From positions 2,480,001 to 2,544,000 of the forward strand of contig CDRNST010000188.1 in the NCBI GenBank assembly GCA_977016875.1: a stretch of 64,000 nucleotides of DNA. The letters are read 5' to 3'. This DNA is from Pavona decussata (taxonomy: Eukaryota). Made by a program: the position numbers and the translations under genes. Every line of letters starts with the position of its first letter. Position 1 is the stretch's first letter. The notes beneath the pieces are model-generated. The model did no database searches. It had not been told where the DNA came from and saw only the letters and a program-made list of their open reading frames with translations. This document shows, one piece after another, positions 11,978-24,110 of this stretch.

Positions 11978-14900
11978 TACTTTGTTGTCTTCGACTTTAT
12001 TTTTCACCATTTGGAGTCAATAACTTGATTCACGCACGAGATTTTTTTGTCATTCATAACTTTTCGTTATCAACAACTAAAAAGTTATCGAAAACAGTTT
12101 CTCTGGTCTGTGCTTTTTGATTGGTCAGAAGTTAGGATCCCTTTCACAGCTCAGACCCAAACGTTAAACAGTATTAAAAAAAAAAGCCCCATAGTAAAAG
12201 TGTACCACTCGATAATTTCCTTTCTTTCTTTGTTTTGCCGCCATCTTGGATATATGCGCTTTTTTACCTCCCACAACCCTCTTTCGTTTTGTTTTTGTTT
12301 TTTTTGGAAACACGAAGGGAAAATTAACCGACTACTCGCCCAGACAGATCTACCGCACATATATGAACCCTGTACAACTGACCGACAAAAACCCTCCCTT
12401 TAAGCTGGCGCAACCTGACGTTTGAAAAAATTGGTAGAAATTTCACTTGAATATAAAGGATTATTAATGAACGAAAGAATCGAACTGGAAACAAATTAAC
12501 CACATGTATTTGTATATATATTTGACTTCAGTTGCTTGTGAATCCACGACTAGCGGAATAAACAGCTAAACGCGCTGTTAATTAACACGCTAGTACGCTG
12601 TACGCGTCAAAGACGGTTTTGAGAAGCGCAGATGGCGCTTTTAAGCGTATACGTGTGTAAAGCTATTTTCGGTTACTACCAAACCAGGAGGAAACAAAAT
12701 TTTAAAGGTGAATTTGCATTCAATTTTAAATGAATTTTCATAGGTCACAGTTTCACGGAATATTTCTGAACTTATAAGCCGCAACCGTCGATGGTGCTAA
12801 GGGGGGTAACTCGAGGTATTCCGAATGAAATGAAATACAAAAATTTTTCACGATTATCAGATTGTTAGATCGTCGAATATCTATCAGTTAGCGAATTTAT
12901 CTTCCCCGCAAGCGCAAAACACTAATCTATATTTACAAACAAAAGCGAGGAACTATTAAATAAACAGTGTCGCAAATAGCATGTATGTAGAGTAAGGCGT
13001 TACAATTTCTTTCAGAATCTAGGAAACAACAACATATTAATATTTAAACATTGCTGAAACTAGTTTCAATATTATAGATACTCCGTGTAATAACACTGTC
13101 AGTATCAAAACCTTTTAGAAAACGACGACGCCAAGACGGCTAAATTGATTGAATTCAAGTTCCTTTGGGCAAATGACTACAAGCAGTTTGTCAGTCTATA
13201 TATTCTATCTTTAAGGACTAGCTTGATTGTTTAAATGAAGTGAAAAATGTTTCTACTTTTTTACTTCTACATTCAGCCAAGACAAAAATTAATGGCAGAA
13301 TTTTCTCTGACAACGCTCAGTTCTAATTGACGAGCCTGTACATCAGAGACCAATAGCCAATCAAATTCACAGATTTGTAAGATTTCCACTAAAACGGTTT
13401 GCAACAATACATGTTACTATCTTTGATCAGCGAATAATATATGCACTCATTTCAAAGACAAGCCAAGGATTGTTTATGGTCAGGTGTTGAATATTACACC
13501 CTCCTGCGAACGATGGAATCGTATAATGAGATGAAATTTCGGACTTAAAATAATTGTTGACCATCGGGGACAAGAAATGCCTTTGAGAATTTCTATGAAA
13601 AGTCTCGTTGGACTAGAGCACGTCAGCTCAAAATCTCTTATCGACTGTTTTAACTAATAAAACATTGAGTTATCTTATGGGTATTTATTCGAACGAAAAC
13701 AAAACAAAGAATATGACAAAAGTTCTTGATACACATGTGTAGTGCTAGTGCGTAAAACTTTTTGCCAAAAGTAAAGGGGAAAAATTCCCCTAAATCGACT
13801 CATTTGAAGAATTTTTTGCCCCCACCATTGGAAAAAAATTATAAATTTTGTCATCGAAAGTATAAAATAAAACGTTTGAAGTTTTACAACTCAAACAATT
13901 ACATGGTCAAAATGAAATATCGCGCCCATAAGATAAATAGTACAATTCAGCACCACATCTTTTCGACATTTACAAGACGTAACTACATTAATTACGTACC
14001 GCTTACATCTAAAGCTAAAATACAATATACTTACGTTAATCCTTACTGAGAAAATAAGATCAAATTCCTACTAAAGTCCCACGCGAAAACAGAAGAGTCA
14101 ACGGTGTTTGTATCCCATTGAAAGAAGTGCAAAGATTTAATTAGCAAAGCGGAATCATTGTTTTCAAAACCCCATGCTTATAATAGATTATACGCGTGAG
14201 CTTCTCAATGGCTGAAATTCGGTTGTGTATAAAATTCGCACAGCCATACTTCACACAATGTATTATTCTTGATTAATTTCATAAATTTCAGTTCTTTCTC
14301 TGTCCGGTGCGAAAATATATGAAGTGTAGAAATTCACAAACGGATATATAACACTAAGGTTGGGTTAAGTTATATACTTCAATGCTGAATAAAAAGAAGA
14401 GTTCTTCAGAACTAAAATGGAACATTACTTTAAAAATACAGTTGTCAGTCAAAAAAAAAACAAAAAAAAAACGCAGAGGTAATGCACTATTTTTACAGAT
14501 TTTCTAAAGTACAAATCGTGTTGTATCGCATTTTATTAACGACTTCAATGCAATTCTAAAGTCTGGATTAAAATGATGATTTATCATTCCAAAATGCCCA
14601 ATATTTTCGCTTTCAACATCTTCGGCGGGTATTGATAAGCCCTTCAAAACGCTTATTATTTAGATAATAGGCCGCCTGCATTTACAAACACACAAGGCAT
14701 TGAACAAAGCTGAACGCTTTTATCAGAGAAGTTCAGTGTTTTCTCAAGTTTATCATAAAGTATCACCACAAATAATTTTTACTAAGCCAGGAAAAAAAAT
14801 ATACGAGAACGCTTTAAAAATATGCCACTGTATTTTGGACATGTTTTGTCGGGAAAACTGTTCGTTCAATGTAAATAATGAATATGCACGCATTTTAGAG

Positions 14901-15773
14901 GGATGTGGTCACCAAAGGTTATTTCAAGACCTCCCGGTGAAGTGCAGTTTCACCTGCCACGGAATTTAATTTGAAACATTTCCTTGTTGAACTTGAAAAC
15001 TACTTTTTCGTTTTTTGAGACAATAACTGCAAAGATTAATGATCGAAGCCTTTTTGTACCAGCTATAGCCCGCAAGATCGAAGCTGATAATCGGATTTTG
15101 CGGGATCATTTACCGGACAATCTTTGAAACATGAGTGTTCGTGTACAAACGTTGTAATCACTTAGTAATCGGCTACATAAATTAAAAAATCTGAAGATGA
15201 ATCCAAACAAAGGCATCTGTTTGGTTCTAGGTCGCAAAAACTAGCTGGAATTCAAGTTCTATAATTGACACAATTATTTAGAAAAGACTCGATAGCTGCC
15301 TGTATATTTTAACGCTCGGTATGGTTTCAAGTTCAAACAATTTCACATCGCAAAAGCCACGCTGGCTTTAAGGTAGCCTGTCACGGGTTGCATTTACGAA
15401 TTAGCTGAACCGCCGCTTGAGAGGAAGACAAAAGCTATATGCAGAGTACAATGAATGTTGTGTCGCTGGCATTAATGACAGAAATGATGGATAAGAGAAT
15501 TAACTCTTCAGTGAATTTTGCAGTGCCAAGTAAATCCATGAATTTCCCACTGAGCGTTAGCTCTAGTAAGGGAATTGGAGACCGCACAAGGCAAAGAAAA
15601 AACCTTTGACCGAACCAACGAACTCCGGATTTGACTACCTTTGCTCTACCGACTGAGTTACGACGCCAGACCGGAGCAAGTCTACGGTGATCGGTATTAA
15701 ATAATGTACAGCCCTCTTTCCCAGACCTAAACACACTTATATCAAGGGAATCGAGATTTTAGTTCGAGACCTG

Positions 15774-16013
15774 GGGCCCGTTTCTCAAAAGTCCCGGTAA
15801 CTTACCGGGCCCGATAAGTATATTTTTGAAAATTTTTTTCGCCGATTACACAGTGATTACAGACATGGTACTCGGCCAAAGTTTTCATAGAATTATAAGA
15901 TCTTAAAATTTAGTATTCAAAGCTAACAAAAATTGACTTCTGTGAAGAAACATTTATCATCAAAGACACTTGTTGGGCCCGGTAAGTTACCGGGACTTTC
16001 GAGAAACGGGCCC
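15774..16013. mobile_element. PIF/Harbinger-superfamily-like MITE
   Basis: About 39-bp TIRs GGGCCCGTTTCTC(A/G)AAAGTCCCGGTAACTTACCGGGCCC; flanks CTG / CA(N), consistent with a CWG target. Confidence 0.85.
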
Positions 16014-16015
16014 CA

Positions 16016-16147
16016 NNNNNNNNNNNNNNNNNNNNNNNNNNNNNNNNNNNNNNNNNNNNNNNNNNNNNNNNNNNNNNNNNNNNNNNNNNNNNNNNNNNNN
16101 NNNNNNNNNNNNNNNNNNNNNNNNNNNNNNNNNNNNNNNNNNNNNNN
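16016..16147. other. Assembly gap (N run)
   Basis: Run of N. Confidence 0.99.
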
Positions 16148-16189
16148 TAATACCCCTATATGTGTTAGGAGTTGCCTTAAAAAAAAAAA

Positions 16190-16785
16190 AAATACGGGAT
16201 GTTGCCATTATTAGCTTCCCCAGTACACAAAAGTTTCAAAACAAGTTTCAAGACGATTCAGTCGAGAAAATATAACTGCCGGTCATACGAGTCCGCACTC
16301 CAAAACGAAAATGGCGGCAAAGAGTTGACTTTGATCGTTCTTTCTCCCCTAAAATCATACAAAGCTAATGATTGGTTAGCAAGGTTCCTGGGGAAGTTTG
16401 AAATCGCGCAAAGGTCAATGACGAAATAAATAGATAAAAGGGTTAGTTTCTGAAGAAACTTGGCGACGCGTCGGGAGGGGAGTGGAAACGAATGTTGGGT
16501 TTTATCAACGGACTTGATGACGTAATCTGGCCAAAGTAAAGATCTAGAGATTCGAGTAGTGACGTTTCGCCCTTTGTCAGAGCGAATCGCTCTTCCTCTC
16601 GAAGAACGCTCGAAACGTCAGCACTGTAATTAACTAGTGCAGAAGAGGCTCCCCTGGCAATATTTGCTCCCTTTTGTTGTTATTTAATTGTCCATTATTC
16701 TTTTTTGTGTTGTAAATAGCAAAGCTAAATAAAATAAAATAGAATAAATTACCTTATCGACTCTGTTGATAAAACCAAACATTCG
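16190..16785. mobile_element. Degenerate Penelope-like non-autonomous palindromic element with decayed hammerhead cores
   Basis: GACGTTTCG..TCAGAGCGAATCGCTCT..CGCTCGAAACGTC centre, flanked by inverted TTTATCAAC / GTTGATAAAACCAAA arms. The family assignment is from my recall of cnidarian repeats. Confidence 0.6.
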
Positions 16786-17549
16786 CTAGAATAAACAAGC
16801 CAGTGAAAACGCCATGACACGTGCATTTAGCGGCTGAACGTTCCAGGTGTTTGGCTTCTGTCTGTACCTATGTTGGACCAAAACACCATAATAACCTAAT
16901 AAGCACCCCTTCCCACCCCCCTGAACACCCCCCCTCCCCCGACCCCCTCCCTCGTCCCCGGGATGGCTTATTTATTTCGAGCACGTTAGAGGGAGGGAGG
17001 GGCTGGTAGAGAGCGGGGCGGGGGCTTATTTGAAGCAGTAACCGCAGCAAAAAAGGAAGAAACAACAACAACGAAAAGTGGGAAAGTATAAGTAAATGAA
17101 GTTGGAGGTCATGCCGCTGAAGATCAAGAACAAGTTACAGTGAATAAACCGTACTTTGGTTAGTGCACATGAAGTGTTACATTCGTAAAAATTACCACAA
17201 TATCTTCTGTCGTTTATAAATTTTTTGAAGGTAAAGAAGGGAGGGGGTGGGGGTGGGAATGAACAACATACTTCCTCTAAAAGGGTAATCAATAGAAGAT
17301 TTACGGTATGTCATTTCTCGTATTCGAAATCCCACCTGACCACCGAAATTCAAGGAGGTTTCTCAGGTCGTTCCCAAACTGAAAATCACTTTATGCGAAT
17401 AAATTTTGTCGGTTTCTATGGGATCTTGCGTGAGTCCCTTCAACAGGATAGCCAATTTCACCGACCAAAACGACTCTAAAACTATACCATCGTCCTTGGG
17501 GCGGAACTACCTCACTTGTAATTACACTGACACTATACGGCTTATACTC

Positions 17550-17669
17550 TGTAAGGAGGCTCCCAAGCTGGGGTATAGCGAAAAAAAGAGAAACTAGATC
17601 GGCGAGCAGAGCTCGATTTTTCTCTTCTCCGTATACATGTACCCCACTTGGGAGCCTGTTCACAGGTTA
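17550..17669. mobile_element. Short MITE, same family as 42211-42370
   Basis: AGGCTCCCAAG.TGGGGTA ... TACCCCACTTGGGAGCCTGTTCACAGG. Confidence 0.7.
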
Positions 17670-18821
17670 TATTAAGGCTTGAAATTGACGATCGATTACT
17701 CACGATAAGAAAGACAGCACATGCTTACAGCTAAACACCGGAAGCGGATGAAAAACGACTCATTTTCTATCAATCAAGCCCAATAGAACGCAATCGCGTG
17801 ATTGTGTCGAGTGATCAAGAACGAGTGGAATCCCGGAAGGGTCGGAATCTCTCTAAATTTTAGTATCTGTTTATTGCATGCGGTCTAGTTTTGCGGCCGA
17901 GGCTGAACAGAAACTGACTGTTCTTATTTTTATTTATTTATTTATTTTTTTTCATGTCGTGAGCCTGAAACCTTCCTAGCCAGTAGTACCGAATTTCCGA
18001 AAACCGATATGAAGGAGACCATGAAGCCTAAAAACGACGACATATCAAATTCCTTTGACATAGGAGCGTATTGTTATTACGTATTTTTAGCTCGAAACAA
18101 AACGGGTGCCTGCTTTATCTCTTCAATAGTCTCTTGGACAGCTTGAGGACGTTCTTCGTGTGTTCTTAAAATCTGGGTCAATTTCCCCGACAACAATCTT
18201 ATGAAAAAGAAGTGTAACGACTAAATTGACTTTCAAGACCGAAAGGCGAGCACTTAGGATCAACAATCACACGTACAATATTGCACAGACCCCGGGAAAT
18301 ATCTGTTCATATAAACCCTATGTATTAAATTATACCTTAGTTTTTTTCCTCTTTTGGTAGCTTTAAACGGTAGGACAACATTAAACACTGAGTTTGCTCG
18401 TTGTGCGAGTCAAGTTCGAGTGACAGTCAGGTTTTCTTTTTCATTTTGCTTCGTTTTTGTCTTTATCAAAGGCTGTGATCGTGATTCTTGCTTTTATAAT
18501 GATGTGCCAGCTGATGTTCAAAGCATTAAACATGAACGAGATATTTATTGTCAACGCGAACGCGAGAATTCATTGTTCAGTCACAAATTAACCCCAGTCC
18601 TCATTCATTCTCGCCATCTATAATTTCCCTGAAAGGGTTTGCCCAATGTTGCTGGTGACTAAAGCTTCAGTCACTATGCTCTGTGAACCCATGTGTTGGG
18701 AAAATTAAAAATTCCCGTGGCCGTCTGCATTTGCCCGCGAAGGGTAAAGATTCAATTTTATGTTATCCTGAGTGTCCTGTGGACGCAACAAAATGGCGCT
18801 TAAGTCAGGCAGGTAATATTT

Positions 18822-19115
18822 CATCCTCGGAGACCCAGGGACAGTTAGTCGGGTAGAAAGGATTTTCGTGGGCGAAAGTCGGTTTACTATAAGAACGGGA
18901 GAGCCCCTGGGCAGGTACTCTTACCGAACCAGTTCCAGAAACATTTGAATCCCCCGCTTTTGATTTGTTCTAGCCAATCAAAGGCGGGGAATTCAAATGT
19001 TTCTGGAACTGGCTTGGTAAGAGTAATTGCCCAGGAGCTCGTCACGCATTACAGTAAACTTTTGCCCACGAAAATCCCTTCTACCCGACTAACTGCCCCT
19101 GGGTCTCACAGGATG
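18822..19115. mobile_element. Fold-back (nearly fully palindromic) non-autonomous element, about 294 bp
   Basis: CATCCTCGGAGACCCAGGG... and ...CCCTGGGTCTCACAGGATG; the arms pair along their whole length around a loop of about 10 nt near 18968. Confidence 0.9.
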
Positions 19116-20759
19116 GTAATACTTAATCACCGTCCGTTTTCTCAGCTGGGGAAATGGGATCTCTGCTTCAGGTGTATGCAGCTACAGGTCTTATCCTTCC
19201 TAAGAAATTTATAAACATACCTTTCCACAGTAGCAGCGAGTCACAGCGGTAATGGCTCTAGCGATCGATAACGAAAAATGTTGCAAACCTGAAAGTGAAA
19301 TTTTCTCGTTTACCACTACAGGGTCCGCGTAGTAGACTGAGTAGAGTTGGATGCATTTAGCCATTTTTAGAGTCCACCAACCCACCCCTCCCCTCTTCAA
19401 TTGAAGAGGTGGAGCGTCCCCCCCCCCCCCCCCCCCCACTCAAAAAACTGCTCTGCGGGTACATCATGATGTAAAAGAGAACAACAACCAGAAGATATAA
19501 GAAGAAGGGGAAAAAATAAAATAAATAAAAGTTGGACCCTGACTTGAACTTGGCTCGTGACTCGAACTTGACTCGGCCGGCTGCGAGCTTTGTATTTGCT
19601 TATGAAGCTACTGTCTTCTTATGCTATAATACTTCTCCAGATGACTCGGCCTCCCTGTGAGTTTAAGTAGCAATAACTGGTTTATTCGTTTATGGATCTA
19701 TCACCATCTTTGGAATCGTAAATCAAGAACAGCAAATTTTCTATTCTGTTCGCCGGAAGATCAACGTAAATGCGCTTTGAAACCTCAAACAACACACTCA
19801 AATACGGCATTACAAAAACCACTACGTAGTGTTCTTTGACCTTTTGGCTGTGATTATAAATTCAGAAAAATTTTTATTTACCTACAATCAGATAGTGTCA
19901 GAAAACCGTTGACTACACAGGAATCTATTCCAAGCATACGTGAAAATCACAAGTCAAGCTCCTTTTCTAAGCCCAATGAAAGAGCCCCGAGTTTGCGCTT
20001 TTTACAGAGGCTTAATCGTGTTTATTTAGCTCTTCGCAAAATGTCCATAAATCTTATATGCGGCAATTGAAGTGATCCCGGTGACACATTTGAGAAAGAA
20101 CCGCACAAACGTGCAAAACACGCGGTCTTAAGATCTGACAGTGATCGCCCAAGAAGACAAACTTTTGATCAGGGCATGCATCATTGCGACACAAATACTA
20201 ACAGGCAAGACGAGAAGTCAACGGACCGCGACAGTTTCGAGCTATCAGCGATCTTGAAACTCAAGTTATTTGTAACAATTTATATCTTTTACATGCAATG
20301 TGTTGTCAAGAGCCCCAAACAAAGTTGTACGATATTAACAATACCATAACTCATCTCACCTTTTTGATGTCCATAGCTTTCTCTGGAAGTTTCTGCTTCG
20401 TTTTTTAATTTACTATGTCTCAGCGCCTGTCTTTTGCGCAATACTGAAAACTATATCACTGTCTCATCTTGCAAGCATGACGTGCGTCAAATATTAACCG
20501 TAACTACCGGTATCTTTTTGGCACTAGGTTCCAAATTATGAAACACGGCGCGTGACACATGAAACACTCAAAACCAGTTTGCACAAGAATTTAGCAGTCG
20601 ACCTCTGTTTACGCATGTCATTCTACCAACATGTAGATTGTCTTTTGAAAATGAATACTTATCATCAATTAATTAACCAACATGTGAATTGACCACTGGT
20701 ATTATCTCTATTATGAAAGGTAGGACAAGCAGCTGATTTAAGTTTGCAATGACAAAAAT

Positions 20760-21314
20760 GGTAGTATCGAAAACGAAGACCGAAGCACGAAGCACCGGCA
20801 AAACTCGAAAACGAAGCGCACAAGGTCGAAAACGAAGCACTCTAGGTCGAAAACGAAGCACTTAGTTTTTAAGGCCGTCTTAGGGTTTTGTTTTGTTTTA
20901 TTTAGGGTCGAAATCTAGTCACGAATCAAGCGCGATAACGGATAGAGTGCTGCGCAAAACTATTCAACTGCGAGTTGTTGAAATTGAATTTCCGCAGCCC
21001 TGACTGAATTAAAAGTAAACACTTCAAAGTGGCATTTCCTGCTTTCCACGTGAATAAAGCATGTCAAGCTTTACCTTTTGTTGGTATTTTTTCAAGCTTT
21101 TTAGTTCTTTAACAACAACCTCTCTATCTATCCAATCAACAGAAATTTGGTTTTTCGCTTCTGTTGACTTGTGATTGTAATTAATTGAAAATAGGGTGCT
21201 TCGTTTTCGACCTAGAGTGCTTCATTTTCGACCTTGGGTGCCGTTTCGTTTTCGAGTTTTGGGGTGCTTCGTGCTTCGGTCTTCGTTTTCGAGTGCTTCG
21301 TTTTCGATACCACC
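20760..21314. mobile_element. Mutator-like (MULE-type) non-autonomous element with repeat-rich TIRs
   Basis: GGT(A/G)GTATCGAAAACGAAG TIRs with tandem CGAAAACGAAGCAC subrepeats; flanks TGACAAAAAT / TGACAAAAAC (9-10 bp TSD). Confidence 0.8.
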
Positions 21315-21324
21315 TGACAAAAAC

Positions 21325-22592
21325 ACACTTTTTTTGTAAGAATTTATTTTATAAGAATATCAAAGCTGAAATTTGCGAAATTTTAGGAATATTTTAAGAA
21401 TAAACCCGGGGCTGAGATTTTTAAAAGAATACAATTTTGTTAAGAAAATTGAAGAGCCGTAACCAGGATTCATGATGATAAAAAAATTTAAAACGTTCTC
21501 TTGTTAAAAATTGAAAAGGTATGAGCTTTCCACAACCGCCCTGTTGTCTTCAACAGATAAAATATGGAGAGAATATGAAATGAGGACTAATAAATACAAA
21601 AATTGTACAATGCAGGTGAAAAGTGTGAAAAACATTACTTGTTAAGAATTAGAAGAATAAGGTATTGATTAGGGAGTGAGTATGAGTTATTGTCAGCGTC
21701 AACAGTTTTCGCGGTACGTATGCCAGGACTCGAAGGGTCGTTTAGTATCACGGCACGAGGAAAAAGGAACAGATTGACTTTGAGAATGCATCAAGCATTG
21801 ACAAGTCCAATCATCGCCATCTTAGACCCTTGAGTTCTGGCATACCACGAAAACTGTTGACGCTGACAATAACTCATGCCCAGTCCCTAATCAATACCTT
21901 ATTCTTCTTAACAAATAATGTTATTCACACTTATCACATGTATTGTATATTTGTTGTATTTATTAGTCCTCATTTCATATTCTCTTCTTATTTTATCTGT
22001 TGAAGACAACAGGACGGTTGGCAAAAGCTCATACCTTTTCAATTTTTTTTATACACACATTACAGAGCTGTTGTATAAAATATTACATGCAATATAAGTG
22101 ATGCGAGAAAACAAGGCATATACACTACACTGTAACTACATGTAACAAAGGTTACAATGAATCTCATTTAAAGAATTTAAACTATGAAGCTACAAAGAAA
22201 AAAAAGAAAAAAAATACTATACAAACAATAACATTGAAAGTTTTCAATTTTTAACCAGAGAACGTTTTAAATTTTTTTGAATAATTTTGAATGTTGAGCA
22301 TTTGTAAATACAACACAATTATATGTTTTTAACTAAACTATAAGATTATTCCTTTCTTTAAACGGCAAAACTAGCCAATAAAGCGATAAAAACCTGCACA
22401 AGCCAAATGTTCAATGCTAATGACAGTTCTATGAACGGCTTGTAATTGATACCCCAAAGATTCTATAAAAACGAAGATGTCATACGCTATAATCTAAGAA
22501 TATTCACAAGAACATTTTCACCCTAACATCGGAAGAAAAATAAGAATATTCAGCCTGGGCCGGAAAAACAAGATTTTTATAAAAAGAAAAGA
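21325..22592. mobile_element. Composite repeat: AT-rich TIR element containing a fold-back with arms of about 230 bp, itself interrupted by a retroposed fragment
   Basis: Outer ends CACTTTTTTTGTAAGAAT / GATTTTTATAAAAAGAAAAG. Inner arms about 21481-21740 and 21826-22280. The right arm is broken at about 22050-22240. Confidence 0.7.
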
Positions 22593-22679
22593 GGCCTGGC
22601 CTTCCGACCACAACCGAGGGCTGATCTATTACTGCCCGGTACTGGACTCGGAATGCCTCGCCAGCCGAAACTGAAATTG

Positions 22680-23470
22680 AGGGCGCGATGAGGGATCACA
22701 CACGTCAAAAACAGAAAAAAAGTGGAAGGAAGTGTTGCAGCCAAGGCGGTTGATTCAGTTAAGCTGCTTAGATGGGGATTAGAAGGCCTGAAGCAGAATC
22801 TTGATTCGCTTAGATATAAAGAGACTAACCTCCTTAGCTGTATGGTCCTGTATGACAATGGTAATTGAAAACCTGCCTCAGCAGTCGCTCATCCCAAGAG
22901 CCAAGTCTCCACAGCATTTCGGTATGCATGCGACTTTGGAAGCACCACAAAAGAGGGTCTCAAGCCGGGGTCTCAAGCGTATAACATCATGGTCGTCCCA
23001 TTATTACATAAGCCGTGGATCCTGGTGCCCATTCCGTAGAGGTCACTTGGTCTCTTTGAAATTCCATCAATTCCACTAGCTCCAGCGATCAAAGCGTCGC
23101 AAGAAGATATTTCTATGATGCGAGAGTGGGCTAGACTTCATGGATCGTCTGTGAGACAGAGGAGTATGAGCCAGGAAACCACAATTGCAAGGGCTGGAAC
23201 GCTGTCAGACTACTTGTACCAAAAAGAAATCCAGATTGGAGAAAAAAAATCAACCTTTCCTCGACCAGTGCACTCCCGCCAGAAGAAGAAGCGACCGAGT
23301 ACGACTCAAGCAGTGATGAGGAAACTTATGAGGGCGAAGGATTTGTCAGAATAGGACAGTACAGGCTGTAGTTTAGTAAATCAGCAGATTACTCGAGATG
23401 TCGATTTTCTAGTGGGGATAACATCCAGATTCGGTCGTCCAGTACGTTTAACAGTCGATTCGTTTCATAA
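22680..23470 (+). pseudogene. Decayed coding remnant, probably transposon-derived
   Basis: Frameshifted but protein-like pieces: EGSVAAKAVDSVKLLRWGLEGLKQNLD..NLLSC/MTMVIENL, LKRITSWSSHYY, MREWARLHGSSVRQRSMSQETTIARAGTL, EYDSSSDEE, FLVGITSRFGRPVR. No introns; GC higher than flanks. Confidence 0.6.
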
Positions 23471-23483
23471 AACCGATACTTAA

Positions 23484-23853
23484 AGGGGAAGTATCGTGGG
23501 GGTTTTGATATCTTTTATTAAAAATGATGAAATAAAACCTTCAATCAGCTGCCAAATAATTCTAGAATGACGAGAAGAAAGAAATCAACTCGATTCTTGA
23601 AAGGAACAACTCGTGATCTGTTCTAGCGCATTTTGGAAACAAAAATGCGAGAACTTGAAAAATATTAGCCTAACATTTTTCAAGTTTCAATCCATACCGG
23701 CTTGCATGCTCTCTGGCCACAAGCACTAATCGACAGTTTTATTGCACTGGGGCGATAATTTATAACAAACTTGACAATTATTTCGTTGTTTCTGCTGACA
23801 GACAGACATTTCCAGGTTTTTAAATAATAGCAAATTTGCGTGATACTTCCCCT
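23484..23853. mobile_element. Kolobok-like (TTAA-target) MITE
   Basis: TTAA|AGGGGAAGTATC ... GATACTTCCCCT|TTAA. Confidence 0.8.
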
Positions 23854-23872
23854 TTAAAGTGGTAAAAAACTG

Positions 23873-24110
23873 AGTCTGCGTTCGAGCCTAGTAGCCCATC
23901 AGTTCGGAGCTTATCACGGTTTCCGTGCGGCACAAAGCGACTAGGAGTATTTCTACTCCTCCCTGGATTAAATTTATACACCAGGGTGGAGAGATGCACT
24001 GAGTAAAGTGTCTTGCCAGGGAAAAAAAACAGTAATTCTGGCCAGGGATAGGACCCGAACCGCTCGATCACTCAAGAGTCCAGCGCACTAACGTAACCAT
24101 TAGGCCACCG
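23873..24110 (-). mobile_element. tRNA-derived SINE (Meta-domain-like core)
   Basis: On the minus strand, a tRNA-like head GGTGGCCTAATGGTTA..GTGCGCTGGACTC..GGTTCGGGTCC, core GGCAAGACACTTTACTC..CTCTCCACCCTGGTGTATAAAT and tail GGAGTAGAAATACTCCTAGTCGCTT. Confidence 0.8.

Noticed and set aside
20760-20865. CRISPR-like repeat array
   Set aside because: The units are short subterminal repeats without unique spacers, mirrored at 21200-21314, in a eukaryotic context.
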